A DNA stretch of 64,000 nucleotides, taken from NCBI GenBank assembly GCA_963770565.1, contig CAVYQE010000008.1:96001-160000 (forward strand). The letters run 5' to 3'. The notes beneath the pieces were generated by a model. The model was not told the DNA's origin. It searched no databases and was given only the letters and a program-made list of their open reading frames with translations. Positions 1-9,414 of this stretch are shown here, one piece after another. Position 1 is the first letter of the stretch. Each line of letters opens with the position of its first letter. This DNA is from an uncultured Actinomycetota bacterium (lineage in GTDB: Bacteria > Actinomycetota > Actinomycetes > JAFAQI01). A program made the translations under genes and the position numbers.

Positions 1-1386
1 GGGAGCAGCTTCAGGCGTTGGGCTTCCGGGTCTGACCCACCGCGCGGCTGCCAGCACCCCGATCAGCGCGACCGCGGCCAGCATCGCGTCGCCGATCGTG
101 ACCGCGGTCCTGATCCGATCGAGTCCGAGGCCGGTGACCAGCGCGCCGACCGCGGCGATTCCGGCGATGCTGCCGACCATGTCGCTGATCTGAAGCGCCG
201 CTGAGTTGATGCCCTGGCTCTCGGCCGGGGACAGGTCCAGCATCGACACCGAGATCGTCGGCATCGCGATACCCATCCCGACCCCGGCGATCGTCCAGAT
301 CGGCACGGCCAGCCACAGGCTGACCGACGGTGAAGCGATCACGATCAGCAGGGCGATCCCGGTGAGCACGGCCGCGAACCCGACGCGGATCAGTGTGACC
401 CGCCGCCGGGTCCCGCGACCCTGCCACCAGGATCCGAGCGCCCAGCCGAGCGCGCCCACGGTGAGCGGGATGCCGACCGTCCGTGGCGAAGCGTGGTGCA
501 CGCGGGTCAGGGTGAGGGGCAGGTAGGACTCGGCGCCGAAGAAGGCGCAGGTGAGGATCCCGCGCATCGCGATGACCGCCGGGAGCCCGCGGGCGAGGCG
601 GAGGGCGCCTCGCGGCAGCAGCGCTCTGAGCTGTGGGGCACCGAGCGCCAGACCGGCGACCAGCAACGGGATGCTCCACCAGCTCACGGTTTCGGCCGCG
701 ACCTGGATCAGGCCGAGACCTCCGGCCAGCAGGATCCCGCGCCCGATGCCGCTTGAAGCGGCGGTCTCGGGCTGTCGGTTGGCGGGGATCCGGCGCAGCA
801 CCGGGATCAGCAGCGCGGCGCCGCCCACTGCCAGTGGCGCGATCCCGGCGAAGACCCATCGCCAGCCGAACGCGGACGTGACGAGGCCAGCGGCGGCTGG
901 GCCGACCAGTGACGGCACCACCCAGGCCGCCGACAAGGCGGCGAACACCTTCGGGTGAAGAGCATCCGGGAAGGTCCGAGCGACGACGACGTACGCCGCC
1001 ACGATCATTGCGCCGCCGCCCAGCCCCTGCAGGGCTCGGCCGGCAAGGAAGACGCCCATGTTGGGCGCGACCGACGCGGTCACGAGGCCGGCCGCGAACA
1101 ATCCCAGCCCGCCGAGCAGCGACGGGGTCGGCCCGTGCCGGTCGCATCGCCGGCCCGCGTCGACCATCCCGACGACATCGGTCAACAGGTAGGCGGTGAA
1201 GCCCCAGCTGTAGTAGCGCAGGCCGTGCAGCTCGCGGACGACGGTCGGCATGATGGTGGCCACCGCCATCGCCTCGACGGCGACGACAGTGATCACGATC
1301 ACCAGGCCGATGACCTGCACGCGGTGCTGCGGATCACGAAGTGAGGCGACCGGTGCGGTCCCTACCGCCGACTCGGAGACCGCCAC
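1..1386 (-). CDS. MFS transporter (3' end runs off the window)
   Basis: Frame absent from the ORF track, translated by hand from GTG 1386: VAVSES...VIGLVIVITVVAVEAMAVATIMP...AGRRCDRHG...FLAGRALQGLGGG; multi-TM MFS motifs; open to base 1. Confidence 0.88.
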   Translation of the reverse strand, partial: MAVSESAVGTAPVASLRDPQHRVQVIGLVIVITVVAVEAMAVATIMPTVVRELHGLRYYSWGFTAYLLTDVVGMVDAGRRCDRHGPTPSLLGGLGLFAAGLVTASVAPNMGVFLAGRALQGLGGGAMIVAAYVVVARTFPDALHPKVFAALSAAWVVPSLVGPAAAGLVTSAFGWRWVFAGIAPLAVGGAALLIPVLRRIPANRQPETAASSGIGRGILLAGGLGLIQVAAETVSWWSIPLLVAGLALGAPQLRALLPRGALRLARGLPAVIAMRGILTCAFFGAESYLPLTLTRVHHASPRTVGIPLTVGALGWALGSWWQGRGTRRRVTLIRVGFAAVLTGIALLIVIASPSVSLWLAVPIWTIAGVGMGIAMPTISVSMLDLSPAESQGINSAALQISDMVGSIAGIAAVGALVTGLGLDRIRTAVTIGDAMLAAVALIGVLAAARWVRPGSPTPEAAP

Positions 1387-1443
1387 CTTGCCATCGTCGG
1401 GTCACAGGGGGGTGCCAGGTCAAACCCGGCCCGGTGGGAGGAC

Positions 1444-1683
1444 TCAGGTGTGCAGCTCGGAAACGACCTCTGGCTCGTCGGAGACGGGGCAGGCCTCGTG
1501 CTGGAGCAAGCCGAACGCGGTACGCCGGACGATGTCGTGCGGCGCGATCCAACCGAAGCACCGGGGGCAGATCGCATCAGTGTCGACGTGCATCACGTTG
1601 CCGCTGAAGTCGTACCCGTAGGGCGCCTCGCGCGGGCGCGGGCTGAGCAACGCAAGCCGCCCCCAACTCGCGTTGCGGCTCAT
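1444..1683 (-). CDS. small hypothetical protein with CPxC...HxxC (possible Zn-binding)
   Basis: GGAGG 6 nt before ATG 1683; ICPRCFGWI...QHEAC. Confidence 0.6.
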   Translation of the reverse strand: MSRNASWGRLALLSPRPREAPYGYDFSGNVMHVDTDAICPRCFGWIAPHDIVRRTAFGLLQHEACPVSDEPEVVSELHT

Positions 1684-1742
1684 GGGCGCCTCCATCCCTT
1701 CCCTCATTTTGGCGGACCGGCTACGAAAATGCGGCCCCGCCA

Positions 1743-1789
1743 CGGTCACAGCTCGGTCACCCTTCGGTTACGACGCTGCGCCGTACACT
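1743..1789 (+). promoter_or_regulatory. three direct repeats CGGT(C/T)AC at 11-bp period followed by -10 TACACT
   Basis: CGGTCAC 1743, CGGTCAC 1754, CGGTTAC 1765; TACACT 1784-1789. Confidence 0.55.
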
Positions 1790-1795
1790 GAGATC

Positions 1796-1813
1796 GTGCT
1801 GACGACGGACTAG
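1796..1813 (+). other. candidate leaderless uORF (MLTTD*) in the ABC-F leader
   Basis: GTG CTG ACG ACG GAC TAG starts 6 nt after TACACT, the same spacing seen at leaderless genes in this window. Confidence 0.45.
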
Positions 1814-1907
1814 AGAGCGCTGGCCGCGGCGCACATTGCGCTTGCCTGCACCGCGCGATATCGCGCTTGCCTGCCCACCCGTCCTCGTCGATCCTCAGGA
1901 GACTGCC

Positions 1908-3494
1908 GTGCTCACCGCCACCGGTGTCGAGCTGCGCGCCGGCGCGCGCCTGCTGCTCGAGGCTGCCACCTTCCGGGTCGGGACCGGCGACCGGATCGGC
2001 CTGGTCGGCCGCAACGGGGCCGGCAAGACCACCCTGGCCGCGGCGCTGGCCGGCGAGAAGCTCCCAGCCGCGGGCGTGATCGAGCGCCGCGGCTCGGTTG
2101 GCTACCTCCCGCAGGACCCCCGGACCGGGGATCTCGACGTACTCGCCCGTGACCGGGTGCTCTCCGGCCGCGGGCTCGATGTCGTGATCGCCGACCTGCG
2201 GGCGGCCGAGGAGGCGATGGCGGCGGGGGACCAGAAGGCGATCACCGCCTACGGCGCGGCCCAGGAGCGGCTGCACGTGCTCGGCGGGTACGCCGCGGAG
2301 GCCGAGGCGGCTTCGGTCGCCGCGAGCCTTGGCCTCGCGGACCGGGTGCTCGGTCAGCCGCTGCGGACCCTCTCGGGTGGTCAGCGGCGCAGGGTGGAGC
2401 TGGCCCGGATCCTGTTCAGCGGGGCCGACACCCTGCTCCTCGACGAGCCGACCAACCACCTCGACGCAGACTCGATCGTCTGGCTGCGCGACTACCTCCG
2501 CGGTCATCGTGGTGGTCTGGTCGTGATCAGCCACGACGTCGACCTACTCGAGCTGACGGTCAACAAGGTGTTCCATCTCGACGCGACCCGGGCGGTTCTG
2601 GATGTCTACAACGTCGGCTGGCGGGTCTACCTCGCCCAGCGCGAGACCGACGAACGACGGCGCAAGCGGGAGCGCGCCAACGCCGAGAAGAAGGCGGCGG
2701 TCCTCAACGCGCAGGCCGACCGGATGCGGGCCAAGGCGACGAAGGCGGTCGCCGCGCAGCAGATGGCGAAGCGCGCGTCCAAGCTCCTGGCCGGTCTCGA
2801 AGAGGTCCGCAAGTCCGATCGGGTCGCGCGGCTGCGCTTCCCGGAGCCGGCTCCGTGCGGTCGCGTGCCGCTGACCGCGTCCGAGCTGTCCAAGTCGTAC
2901 GGGTCGCTGGAGGTCTTCACCGACGTCGACCTGGCGATCGACCGCGGCAGCCGGGTCGTGGTACTCGGGTTGAACGGTGCCGGCAAGACCACCTTGCTGC
3001 GGATCCTTGCCGGGCTCGAGCCGGCCGACACCGGCACGGTCAACCCCGGACACGGGCTTCGGCTGGGCTACTACGCACAGGAGCACGAGACCCTCGACCC
3101 CCGCGCATCAGTGCTGGCCAACCTGGCCGCAGCCGCGCCGGACATCTCCGAGGCCGACCTGCGCACCGTGCTGGGCTCGTTCCTTTTCAGCGGCGACACC
3201 GTGCAGCAGCCGGCCGGGACGCTGTCCGGCGGGGAGAAGACCCGGCTGGCTCTTGCCCTGCTGGTCGTTTCAAGTGCAAACGTGTTGTTGCTCGACGAGC
3301 CGACCAACAACCTCGACCCGGCAAGTCGTGACCAGGTCCTCGGGGCGCTGCGCTCCTATCGCGGCGCGATCGTGCTGGTGACCCACGATGAAGGCGCGGT
3401 CGAGGCACTCGACCCGCAACGGGTGCTGCTGCTGCCCGATGGTGTCGAGGACCACTGGAGCGCTGAACTAGCGGATCTCGTCGCGCTGGCGTGA
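1908..3494 (+). CDS. ABC-F family ATPase (Rv1473-like)
   Basis: Two ABC domains (GRNGAGKTT/LSGGQ/LLLDEPTNHLD; GLNGAGKTT/LSGGE/LLLDEPTNNLD), basic linker, no TM segments; AGGAG before GTG 1908. Confidence 0.93.
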   Translation: MLTATGVELRAGARLLLEAATFRVGTGDRIGLVGRNGAGKTTLAAALAGEKLPAAGVIERRGSVGYLPQDPRTGDLDVLARDRVLSGRGLDVVIADLRAAEEAMAAGDQKAITAYGAAQERLHVLGGYAAEAEAASVAASLGLADRVLGQPLRTLSGGQRRRVELARILFSGADTLLLDEPTNHLDADSIVWLRDYLRGHRGGLVVISHDVDLLELTVNKVFHLDATRAVLDVYNVGWRVYLAQRETDERRRKRERANAEKKAAVLNAQADRMRAKATKAVAAQQMAKRASKLLAGLEEVRKSDRVARLRFPEPAPCGRVPLTASELSKSYGSLEVFTDVDLAIDRGSRVVVLGLNGAGKTTLLRILAGLEPADTGTVNPGHGLRLGYYAQEHETLDPRASVLANLAAAAPDISEADLRTVLGSFLFSGDTVQQPAGTLSGGEKTRLALALLVVSSANVLLLDEPTNNLDPASRDQVLGALRSYRGAIVLVTHDEGAVEALDPQRVLLLPDGVEDHWSAELADLVALA

Positions 3495-3574
3495 GATGCC
3501 CTGAGGGTGGGCACAGACTGAAGTGATATGTGTTGTCAGGGGAGTGCTCGCGGGGGTTTAGCGGAGGTGCGACG

Positions 3575-3781
3575 GTGGCTGAGCTGAAAAAGGGAGTTCG
3601 CGTGACGGGTGTGGAGCGCGACAAGTTGTCGACCGGGCTGAAGAAGAAGTACGACAGCGGCGCGAGCATCCGGGAGCTAGCGGCGTCGACCGGACGCTCG
3701 TACGGCTTCGTACACCGCGTGTTGAGTGAGGCCGGCGTGAACCTTCGTGGGCGCGGTGGCCCCACCCGTAGGAAGAAGTAG
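3575..3781 (+). CDS. small helix-turn-helix protein (Rv1473A-like)
   Basis: YDSGASIRELAASTGRSYGFVHRVLSEAGVNLRGRGG; GGAGG SD. Confidence 0.88.
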   Translation: MAELKKGVRVTGVERDKLSTGLKKKYDSGASIRELAASTGRSYGFVHRVLSEAGVNLRGRGGPTRRKK

Positions 3782-3783
3782 AC

Positions 3784-4560
3784 CTGACTGAGGAGGAGTC
3801 GCCGGGCGGAGTCCGCCTCGAGGTCGACGATCAGATCGCCCGGGTGACGTTGTGCCGGCCCGAGCGGCGCAATGCGCAGACCCCCGCCACCTGGCTGGCG
3901 CTGGCCGGCATCGGTGAGTCGTTGCCGGATCAGGTCCGGGTGGTCGTGGTGATCGGCGAAGGCCCGTCGTTCAGTGCAGGCCTCGATCGACGAATGTTCA
4001 CCTCCGAGGGCGTCCCCGGTGAGGGGTCGCTCGACGATGTCGCCGGTCAAGCCGATGAGGTCGCCGCGTCGGTGATCGCCTCCTATCAAGCGGGTTTCAC
4101 CTGGCTCCGGCGCCCCGAGTTCGTGTCGGTCGCGGCCGTGCGCGGTCATGCGGTCGGTGCGGGCTTTCAGCTGGCGCTGGCCTGCGACCTTCGCGTCGTT
4201 GCCGACGACGCGATGTTCACCATGGCCGAGCCGACGCTCGGTCTCGTGCCCGACCTCGGCGGCACGCAACCATTGGTCGAGCTGGTCGGATATGCGCGGG
4301 CGCTCGAGATCTGCGCGACCGGCCGCCGGTTCAGCGCGGCCGAGGCGGAGCGCGCCGGCCTGGCCAATCTCGTCGTACCGGTGGACCAGCTCGAGGCGGC
4401 GACCGCGGACCTCGCGGCGGCGCTTTGCGCGACCAGCCGGGACGCGGTGTCGGCCACCAAGCGCCTGCTGCTCGAGGCGCGCGACCGTAGTTACGACGAG
4501 CAGCTCGCGGCCGAGCGCGAGGCGCAACTGAAGCGGCTGAGGGCGCTGGCCAGAGGCTAA
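3784..4560 (+). CDS. enoyl-CoA hydratase/isomerase (probable CTG start)
   Basis: FSAGLD, GHAVGAGFQLALACDLR, EPTLGLVPDLGG; the N-terminal strand VRLEVDDQIARVTL lies upstream of the first GTG (3844). Confidence 0.88.
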   Translation: MTEEESPGGVRLEVDDQIARVTLCRPERRNAQTPATWLALAGIGESLPDQVRVVVVIGEGPSFSAGLDRRMFTSEGVPGEGSLDDVAGQADEVAASVIASYQAGFTWLRRPEFVSVAAVRGHAVGAGFQLALACDLRVVADDAMFTMAEPTLGLVPDLGGTQPLVELVGYARALEICATGRRFSAAEAERAGLANLVVPVDQLEAATADLAAALCATSRDAVSATKRLLLEARDRSYDEQLAAEREAQLKRLRALARG

Positions 4561-4570
4561 AGTCGAGCGC

Positions 4571-5719
4571 GTGGACCTATCGCTGAGCCCTGAGCAGGAT
4601 GCGACCCGTCGAGCCCTTCGGGAGTGGGTTGACGCGGTGGTCGCACCGCAGGCAATCCGCAACGATCGCGAGGAGCGCTTCCCGCAGGAAGCGCTCGACG
4701 GCCTGATTCGTGACGGCTGGATCGGGCTGACGATCCCGGAGGAGTACGGCGGCGGTGGTGCCGACCCGCTGACCTACTGTCTGGTGATCGAGGAGCTCGG
4801 CCGCGGCGATGCCAATGTGCGCTCGATCCTCTCGGTCCACCTCGGCCTGGTCGCCGGCTCGATCGGCCGCTGGGGCACGGCCGAGCAGAAGCAGCAATGG
4901 CTGCCGCGGATGGCGACCGGCGAGGCGCTCGGCTGCTTCTGCTTGACCGAGCCCGATCACGGATCCGACCCGGCCTCGCTCGAGTCGACGGCGGTCAAGG
5001 AGGGTGACTCCTATCGGCTGAACGGGTCGAAGATCTTCATCACCAACGGCGACATCGCCGGGGTTGCGCTCGTGATGGCGCGTACCGGTGGCCCGGGTGC
5101 TCGCGGGGTGTCGGCGTTCCTGGTGCCGTGCGACACGGCCGGCTTCACGCCGAAGCCGATCCACGGCAAGCTCGGCCTGCGCTCGTGCGACACCGCCGAG
5201 ATCGCGATGGACGATGTCGTGGTGCCGGCCTCAGCGTTGCTCGGTCAGGAGGGCGACGGCATCAAGGTCGCGCTGTCGGCGCTCGACGACGGCCGGATGT
5301 CGCTGGCCGCCTCATGCACCGGGCTTGCGCAGAACGCGCTCGAGGCGATGACGGCGTACTCCCAGCAGCGCGAGCAGTTCGGCAAGCCGATCGCCGGCTT
5401 CCAGCTGATCCAGGAGCTGGTCTCGGACACCGCGGTCGAGGTCGAGGCGGCCCGGCTGCTGACCTGGCGGGTGGCGGACCTGAAGATCCGCGGCGAGAAG
5501 TACACGCTGGCCGCGTCGATGGCGAAGTACTACGCGTCGGAGGCCTCGGTGCGGGCCGCCAATGCCGCCGTGCAAGTGCACGGCGGCTACGGGTACGTCG
5601 ACGAGTTCGTCGTCGGCAAGCTGCTGCGGGACGCGCGCGTGACCACGTTGTACGAAGGCACCTCCCAGGTGCAGAAGCTCCTGATCGGCCGCGCCGTCAC
5701 TGGCATCTCCGCCTTCTGA
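4571..5719 (+). CDS. acyl-CoA dehydrogenase
   Basis: CFCLTEPDHGSD, LNGSKIFITNG, QVHGGYGY, YEGTSQVQ. Confidence 0.95.
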   Translation: MDLSLSPEQDATRRALREWVDAVVAPQAIRNDREERFPQEALDGLIRDGWIGLTIPEEYGGGGADPLTYCLVIEELGRGDANVRSILSVHLGLVAGSIGRWGTAEQKQQWLPRMATGEALGCFCLTEPDHGSDPASLESTAVKEGDSYRLNGSKIFITNGDIAGVALVMARTGGPGARGVSAFLVPCDTAGFTPKPIHGKLGLRSCDTAEIAMDDVVVPASALLGQEGDGIKVALSALDDGRMSLAASCTGLAQNALEAMTAYSQQREQFGKPIAGFQLIQELVSDTAVEVEAARLLTWRVADLKIRGEKYTLAASMAKYYASEASVRAANAAVQVHGGYGYVDEFVVGKLLRDARVTTLYEGTSQVQKLLIGRAVTGISAF

Positions 5720-5803
5720 CAAGCAATGTCACATTGCCCCCCACTTCGTGGGGGCAATGTGACAGCACCCCAAGAAACCCCTGGGCAATGTGACATTGCT
5801 TGG
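5718..5803 (-). repeat. 86-bp tri-palindromic interspersed element, copy 1 (inverted relative to copies 2 and 3)
   Basis: Boxes at 5724 (CAATGTCACATTG), 5755 (degenerate) and 5786 (CAATGTGACATTG); terminal IR CAAGCAATGTCACATTGCCC...GGGCAATGTGACATTGCTTG. Confidence 0.92.
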
Positions 5804-5811
5804 AACGAGGG

Positions 5812-6603
5812 TTAGAGCTCGGTGCGGAGGGCCCAGAGCAGAGGGAAGAAGCGCAGGTCCCGGCGATCACGGAGATAGCCGACGCCGGTGGAGCCGCCGG
5901 TTCCCGGCTTGTAGCCGATCTGCCGTTCGACGACCGTGGCATGCAGCGCCCGCCACTGCGCGGACAGCTCGTCGTGGGAGATCAGGCCCTCTGCAACGTC
6001 CCAGATCTCGCCGTACGCGTCTCGGCCGCGCGCAACCGCCAGCAACGATGCCCGGACGCCGTCCGGCGTTTCGGTCGCCAGGCCGCGCGCGGCGAGCGTC
6101 TGCACGAACCCGTCCCACAGCGACGGCTCGTCGAGCCGCCGCTGCAGTCGAGCTTCCTCGAGCGGGTTCGCCCAGCGTAGCCGGGTCATGACCGCCGGGT
6201 CCTTCAGTCCGGAGAGGAACTCCAGCTCGCGGAACTGCACGGACTGGAAGCCGGACGCCGGCGCCAGCAAGGTTCGGAAGTCGAGGAAGTCCTGCGGCGT
6301 CATGGTCTCGAGGACCGGCAGCTGCGCGATCAGCACCTGCTCGATCTGGGTGACCCTGGTCAGCCGATGGCGCGCCGTCCACAACGCGGTGTCGACCGGG
6401 TCGAGCAGGAGATCGCGCACCGTGGTGAGCTCGTGGAGGAGCTGCTTGAACCACAGCTCGTAGACCTGGTGGATGGTGATGAACAGCAGCTCGTCGTGCG
6501 CCGGTGGGCTCGACTCGGGCACCTGCTGGTCGAGCAGGACGTCGAGATGCAGGTATCCGCCGTACGACAGTCGCCCGCCCTGTTCACCGAACTGAGTGGT
6601 CAT
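5812..6603 (-). CDS. kynA: tryptophan 2,3-dioxygenase
   Basis: YGGYLHLDVLL, HDELLFITIHQVYELWFK, ASGFQSVQFRELEF, KPGTGGSTGVGYL. Confidence 0.95.
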   Translation of the reverse strand: MTTQFGEQGGRLSYGGYLHLDVLLDQQVPESSPPAHDELLFITIHQVYELWFKQLLHELTTVRDLLLDPVDTALWTARHRLTRVTQIEQVLIAQLPVLETMTPQDFLDFRTLLAPASGFQSVQFRELEFLSGLKDPAVMTRLRWANPLEEARLQRRLDEPSLWDGFVQTLAARGLATETPDGVRASLLAVARGRDAYGEIWDVAEGLISHDELSAQWRALHATVVERQIGYKPGTGGSTGVGYLRDRRDLRFFPLLWALRTEL

Positions 6604-6687
6604 GGTGCTGAGCGTAGGTGAGGCGGCGACCTAGGCTGGGGAAGCGATGAGCGCTCCGCGACGTTTCAACCGGCGGAGGATCGCTAC

Positions 6688-8595
6688 GTGTCGATGAACA
6701 GCAGCTGGCACATCGCGGCGTCGTTTCGCAACGACCGGTCGGTGACCGACAAGAAACTGCCGCCCGGGACGGTACGCCGGATCGTGCGGTTCGCCGCGCC
6801 GTACCGTCGCGAGCTCGTCTACTTCCTGATCCTGATCGTCCTCGACGCCGTGATCGGTGCGGTCAACCCGCTCATCTTCCGCGCGATCATCGATCAAGGC
6901 ATCGGCCACCACCGGCTCGGGCTCACCGAGCTGCTGGCCGGCCTGATCGCCGTGCTGGCGGTGCTCGACGGCATCGACTCGCTCGCCAACCGCTGGTTCT
7001 CGGCGCGCATCGGCGAGGGTCTGATCTACGACATGCGGTCGAAGGTCTTCGAGCACATCCAGCGGATGCCGATCGCCTTCTTCACCCGGACCCAGACCGG
7101 CGCCCTGATCAGCCGGATCAACAACGACGTGCTCGGCGCGCAGCAAGCCTTCACCGGGACGCTGTCGAACGTGGTCAGCAACCTGATCAGCGTCTCGCTC
7201 GTGCTGGCCACGATGTTCTACCTGTCCTGGCAGATCACGTTGATCGCCTTGATCCTGTTGCCGTTGTTCGTGGTGCCGGCCCGGCTGATGGCGGGGCGGC
7301 TGCAACGCATCACTCGTGAGAGCTACGTGCTCAACGCCGACATGTCCACTCAGATGTCGGAGCGGTTCAACGTGGCCGGCGCGTTGCTGGTCAAGCTGTT
7401 CGGGCGGCCCGCCGACGAAGCCGGCCTGTTCCGCACGAGGGCCCGCCGGGTGGCCGACATCGGCGTGACGCAGGCGATGTACGCCCGAGTGTTCCTGGTC
7501 TCGTTGTCCCTGGTTGCGGCGCTGGCGACCGCGCTGGTCTACGGGCTCGGTGGCCGGTTCGCGATCCAAGGGTCGCTCACGGTCGGCACGGTCGTGGCCT
7601 TGTCGGCGTACCTTGCCAGGCTCTACGGCCCGCTGACCTCGTTGTCGAACGTGCAGGTCGACGTGATGACCGCGCTGGTGAGCTTCGACCGGGTCTTCGA
7701 GGTGCTCGACCTCACCCCGTCGATCGCCGACGCGCCGGACGCGATCGACCTCCAGGTCGAGCCCGGCCGCGCGGTCGCCGTGGAGTTCGACCACGTCGAC
7801 TTCCGCTACCCGACCGCGGCCGAGGTGTCGCTCGCGTCGCTGGAGTCGGTCGCGGTGCTCGACAACGCGCCGGAGCGCCAGGTCCTGTTCGACGTGACGT
7901 TCCGCGCCGAGCCGGGGCAGCTGGTGGCGCTGGTCGGGCCGTCCGGCGCCGGCAAGACCACGATCTCGCAACTCGTCACCCGGATGTACGACGTGCAGTC
8001 CGGCGCGGTCCGGGTCGGGGACCACGATGTTCGCGAGCTCACGCTGACGTCGCTGCGAAACGTCGTGGGCGTGGTCACCCAGGACGCCCACATGTTCCAC
8101 GACACGATCCGCCAGAACCTGATCTACGCCAAGCCGAGCGTCACCGAGGCCGAGATGTGGGACGTGATCGACGGCGCCCAGATCGGCGACCTGATCCGCT
8201 CGCTGCCGGACGGTCTCGACACCCTGGTCGGGGACCGCGGCTACCGACTCTCGGGCGGGGAGAAGCAACGGCTCGCGATCGCGCGGCTGTTGCTAAAGGC
8301 GCCGGCCGTGGTGGTGCTCGACGAGGCGACCGCGCACCTGGACTCCGAGTCCGAGGTCGCGGTCCAGCGGGCCCTCTCGACCGCGCTGTCCGGGCGCACG
8401 TCGATCGTGATCGCGCATCGACTGTCGACCGTGCGCGAGGCCGACATGATCCTCGTCGTCGACGACGGCCGGATCGTCGAGCAGGGGACGCACGACGAGC
8501 TGATCGACGCGGCCGGGCTCTATTCCGAGCTCTACCACACGCAGTTCGAGCGCCATGAAAATATGACGACGTACGACGATCCGCTTCCGGCCTGA
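6688..8595 (+). CDS. ABC exporter, fused permease + ATPase
   Basis: N-terminal TM domain; GPSGAGKTT, LSGGEKQR, VVLDEAT. Confidence 0.93.
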   Translation: MSMNSSWHIAASFRNDRSVTDKKLPPGTVRRIVRFAAPYRRELVYFLILIVLDAVIGAVNPLIFRAIIDQGIGHHRLGLTELLAGLIAVLAVLDGIDSLANRWFSARIGEGLIYDMRSKVFEHIQRMPIAFFTRTQTGALISRINNDVLGAQQAFTGTLSNVVSNLISVSLVLATMFYLSWQITLIALILLPLFVVPARLMAGRLQRITRESYVLNADMSTQMSERFNVAGALLVKLFGRPADEAGLFRTRARRVADIGVTQAMYARVFLVSLSLVAALATALVYGLGGRFAIQGSLTVGTVVALSAYLARLYGPLTSLSNVQVDVMTALVSFDRVFEVLDLTPSIADAPDAIDLQVEPGRAVAVEFDHVDFRYPTAAEVSLASLESVAVLDNAPERQVLFDVTFRAEPGQLVALVGPSGAGKTTISQLVTRMYDVQSGAVRVGDHDVRELTLTSLRNVVGVVTQDAHMFHDTIRQNLIYAKPSVTEAEMWDVIDGAQIGDLIRSLPDGLDTLVGDRGYRLSGGEKQRLAIARLLLKAPAVVVLDEATAHLDSESEVAVQRALSTALSGRTSIVIAHRLSTVREADMILVVDDGRIVEQGTHDELIDAAGLYSELYHTQFERHENMTTYDDPLPA

Positions 8596-8622
8596 GCGCC
8601 TTCTCGCGGTTAGTCTTCGACC

Positions 8623-9384
8623 ATGCCTGTGAAGTCGGAGTACAGCCCCGGATCACCGTGCTGGATCGACGTCTCGTCCGCCGATGTCGAGGAGTCCCTG
8701 GAGTTCTACTCGGGCCTGTTCGGCTGGGAGGGCGAGGAGCAAGGGCCAGCGGCCCAGGGATACACGATCTGCACCCTCGGCGGCCGGACCGTCGCCGGCA
8801 TCGCGCCGATCATGGACAACGACAACCCGCCGCGCTGGTCGATCTACATCTGCACCGCGGACATCAACGTCACCACGGCCGCGGTCAAGGAGGCCGGTGG
8901 CACCGTCGTCGGCGGGCCGCTGGACGTCTTCGAGGCCGGCCAGATGGCGGTCTACCACGACTCGACCGGCGGCGAGATCACCGCCTGGCAACCCAACCAG
9001 CACCACGGGTCGGAGCTGATCGACGAGCCGAACGCGTGGAGCTGGTCCGAGCTGCTCGGCCGTGATCTCGACGCCGCAGTCGCCTTCTACGAGGCGGTCT
9101 TCGGCTGGGGGATCCGCCGCGGCGAGGACTACAGCGAGTGGCAGTTCGAGGGGCACACCGTCGGCGGTTTCATGACCATGCCGGAGATCGCGCCGATCGA
9201 GATTCCGCCGATGTGGCTGCCGTACATCGCGGTGACCAACGTCGACAAGGCGGTCACCCGCGCGACCGAGCTCGGCGGCAGCGTCCGGATGCCGCCGCAG
9301 GACATCCCGGACGGCCGGTTCGCGGTGATCAACGATGTCCATGGAGCCGGCCTCGGCGTGCTGCGGCTCACTCCGGAGGACTGA
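8623..9384 (+). CDS. two-domain VOC/glyoxalase-family protein
   Basis: PGSPCWID...FYSGLFGW and a second WSEL...FYEAVFGW repeat. Confidence 0.9.
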   Translation: MPVKSEYSPGSPCWIDVSSADVEESLEFYSGLFGWEGEEQGPAAQGYTICTLGGRTVAGIAPIMDNDNPPRWSIYICTADINVTTAAVKEAGGTVVGGPLDVFEAGQMAVYHDSTGGEITAWQPNQHHGSELIDEPNAWSWSELLGRDLDAAVAFYEAVFGWGIRRGEDYSEWQFEGHTVGGFMTMPEIAPIEIPPMWLPYIAVTNVDKAVTRATELGGSVRMPPQDIPDGRFAVINDVHGAGLGVLRLTPED

Positions 9385-9385
9385 G

Positions 9386-9406
9386 ACCGCGCTCGCCCGG
9401 CGCGGT
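9386..9406. terminator. GC hairpin between convergent genes
   Basis: ACCGCGC-TCGCCCG-GCGCGGT. Confidence 0.4.
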
Positions 9407-9414
9407 GATGCCGA

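Noticed and set aside
11-1147. 378-aa minus-strand ORF in the track
   Set aside because: Arg/Pro-rich off-frame ORF; the real gene is the MFS in another frame
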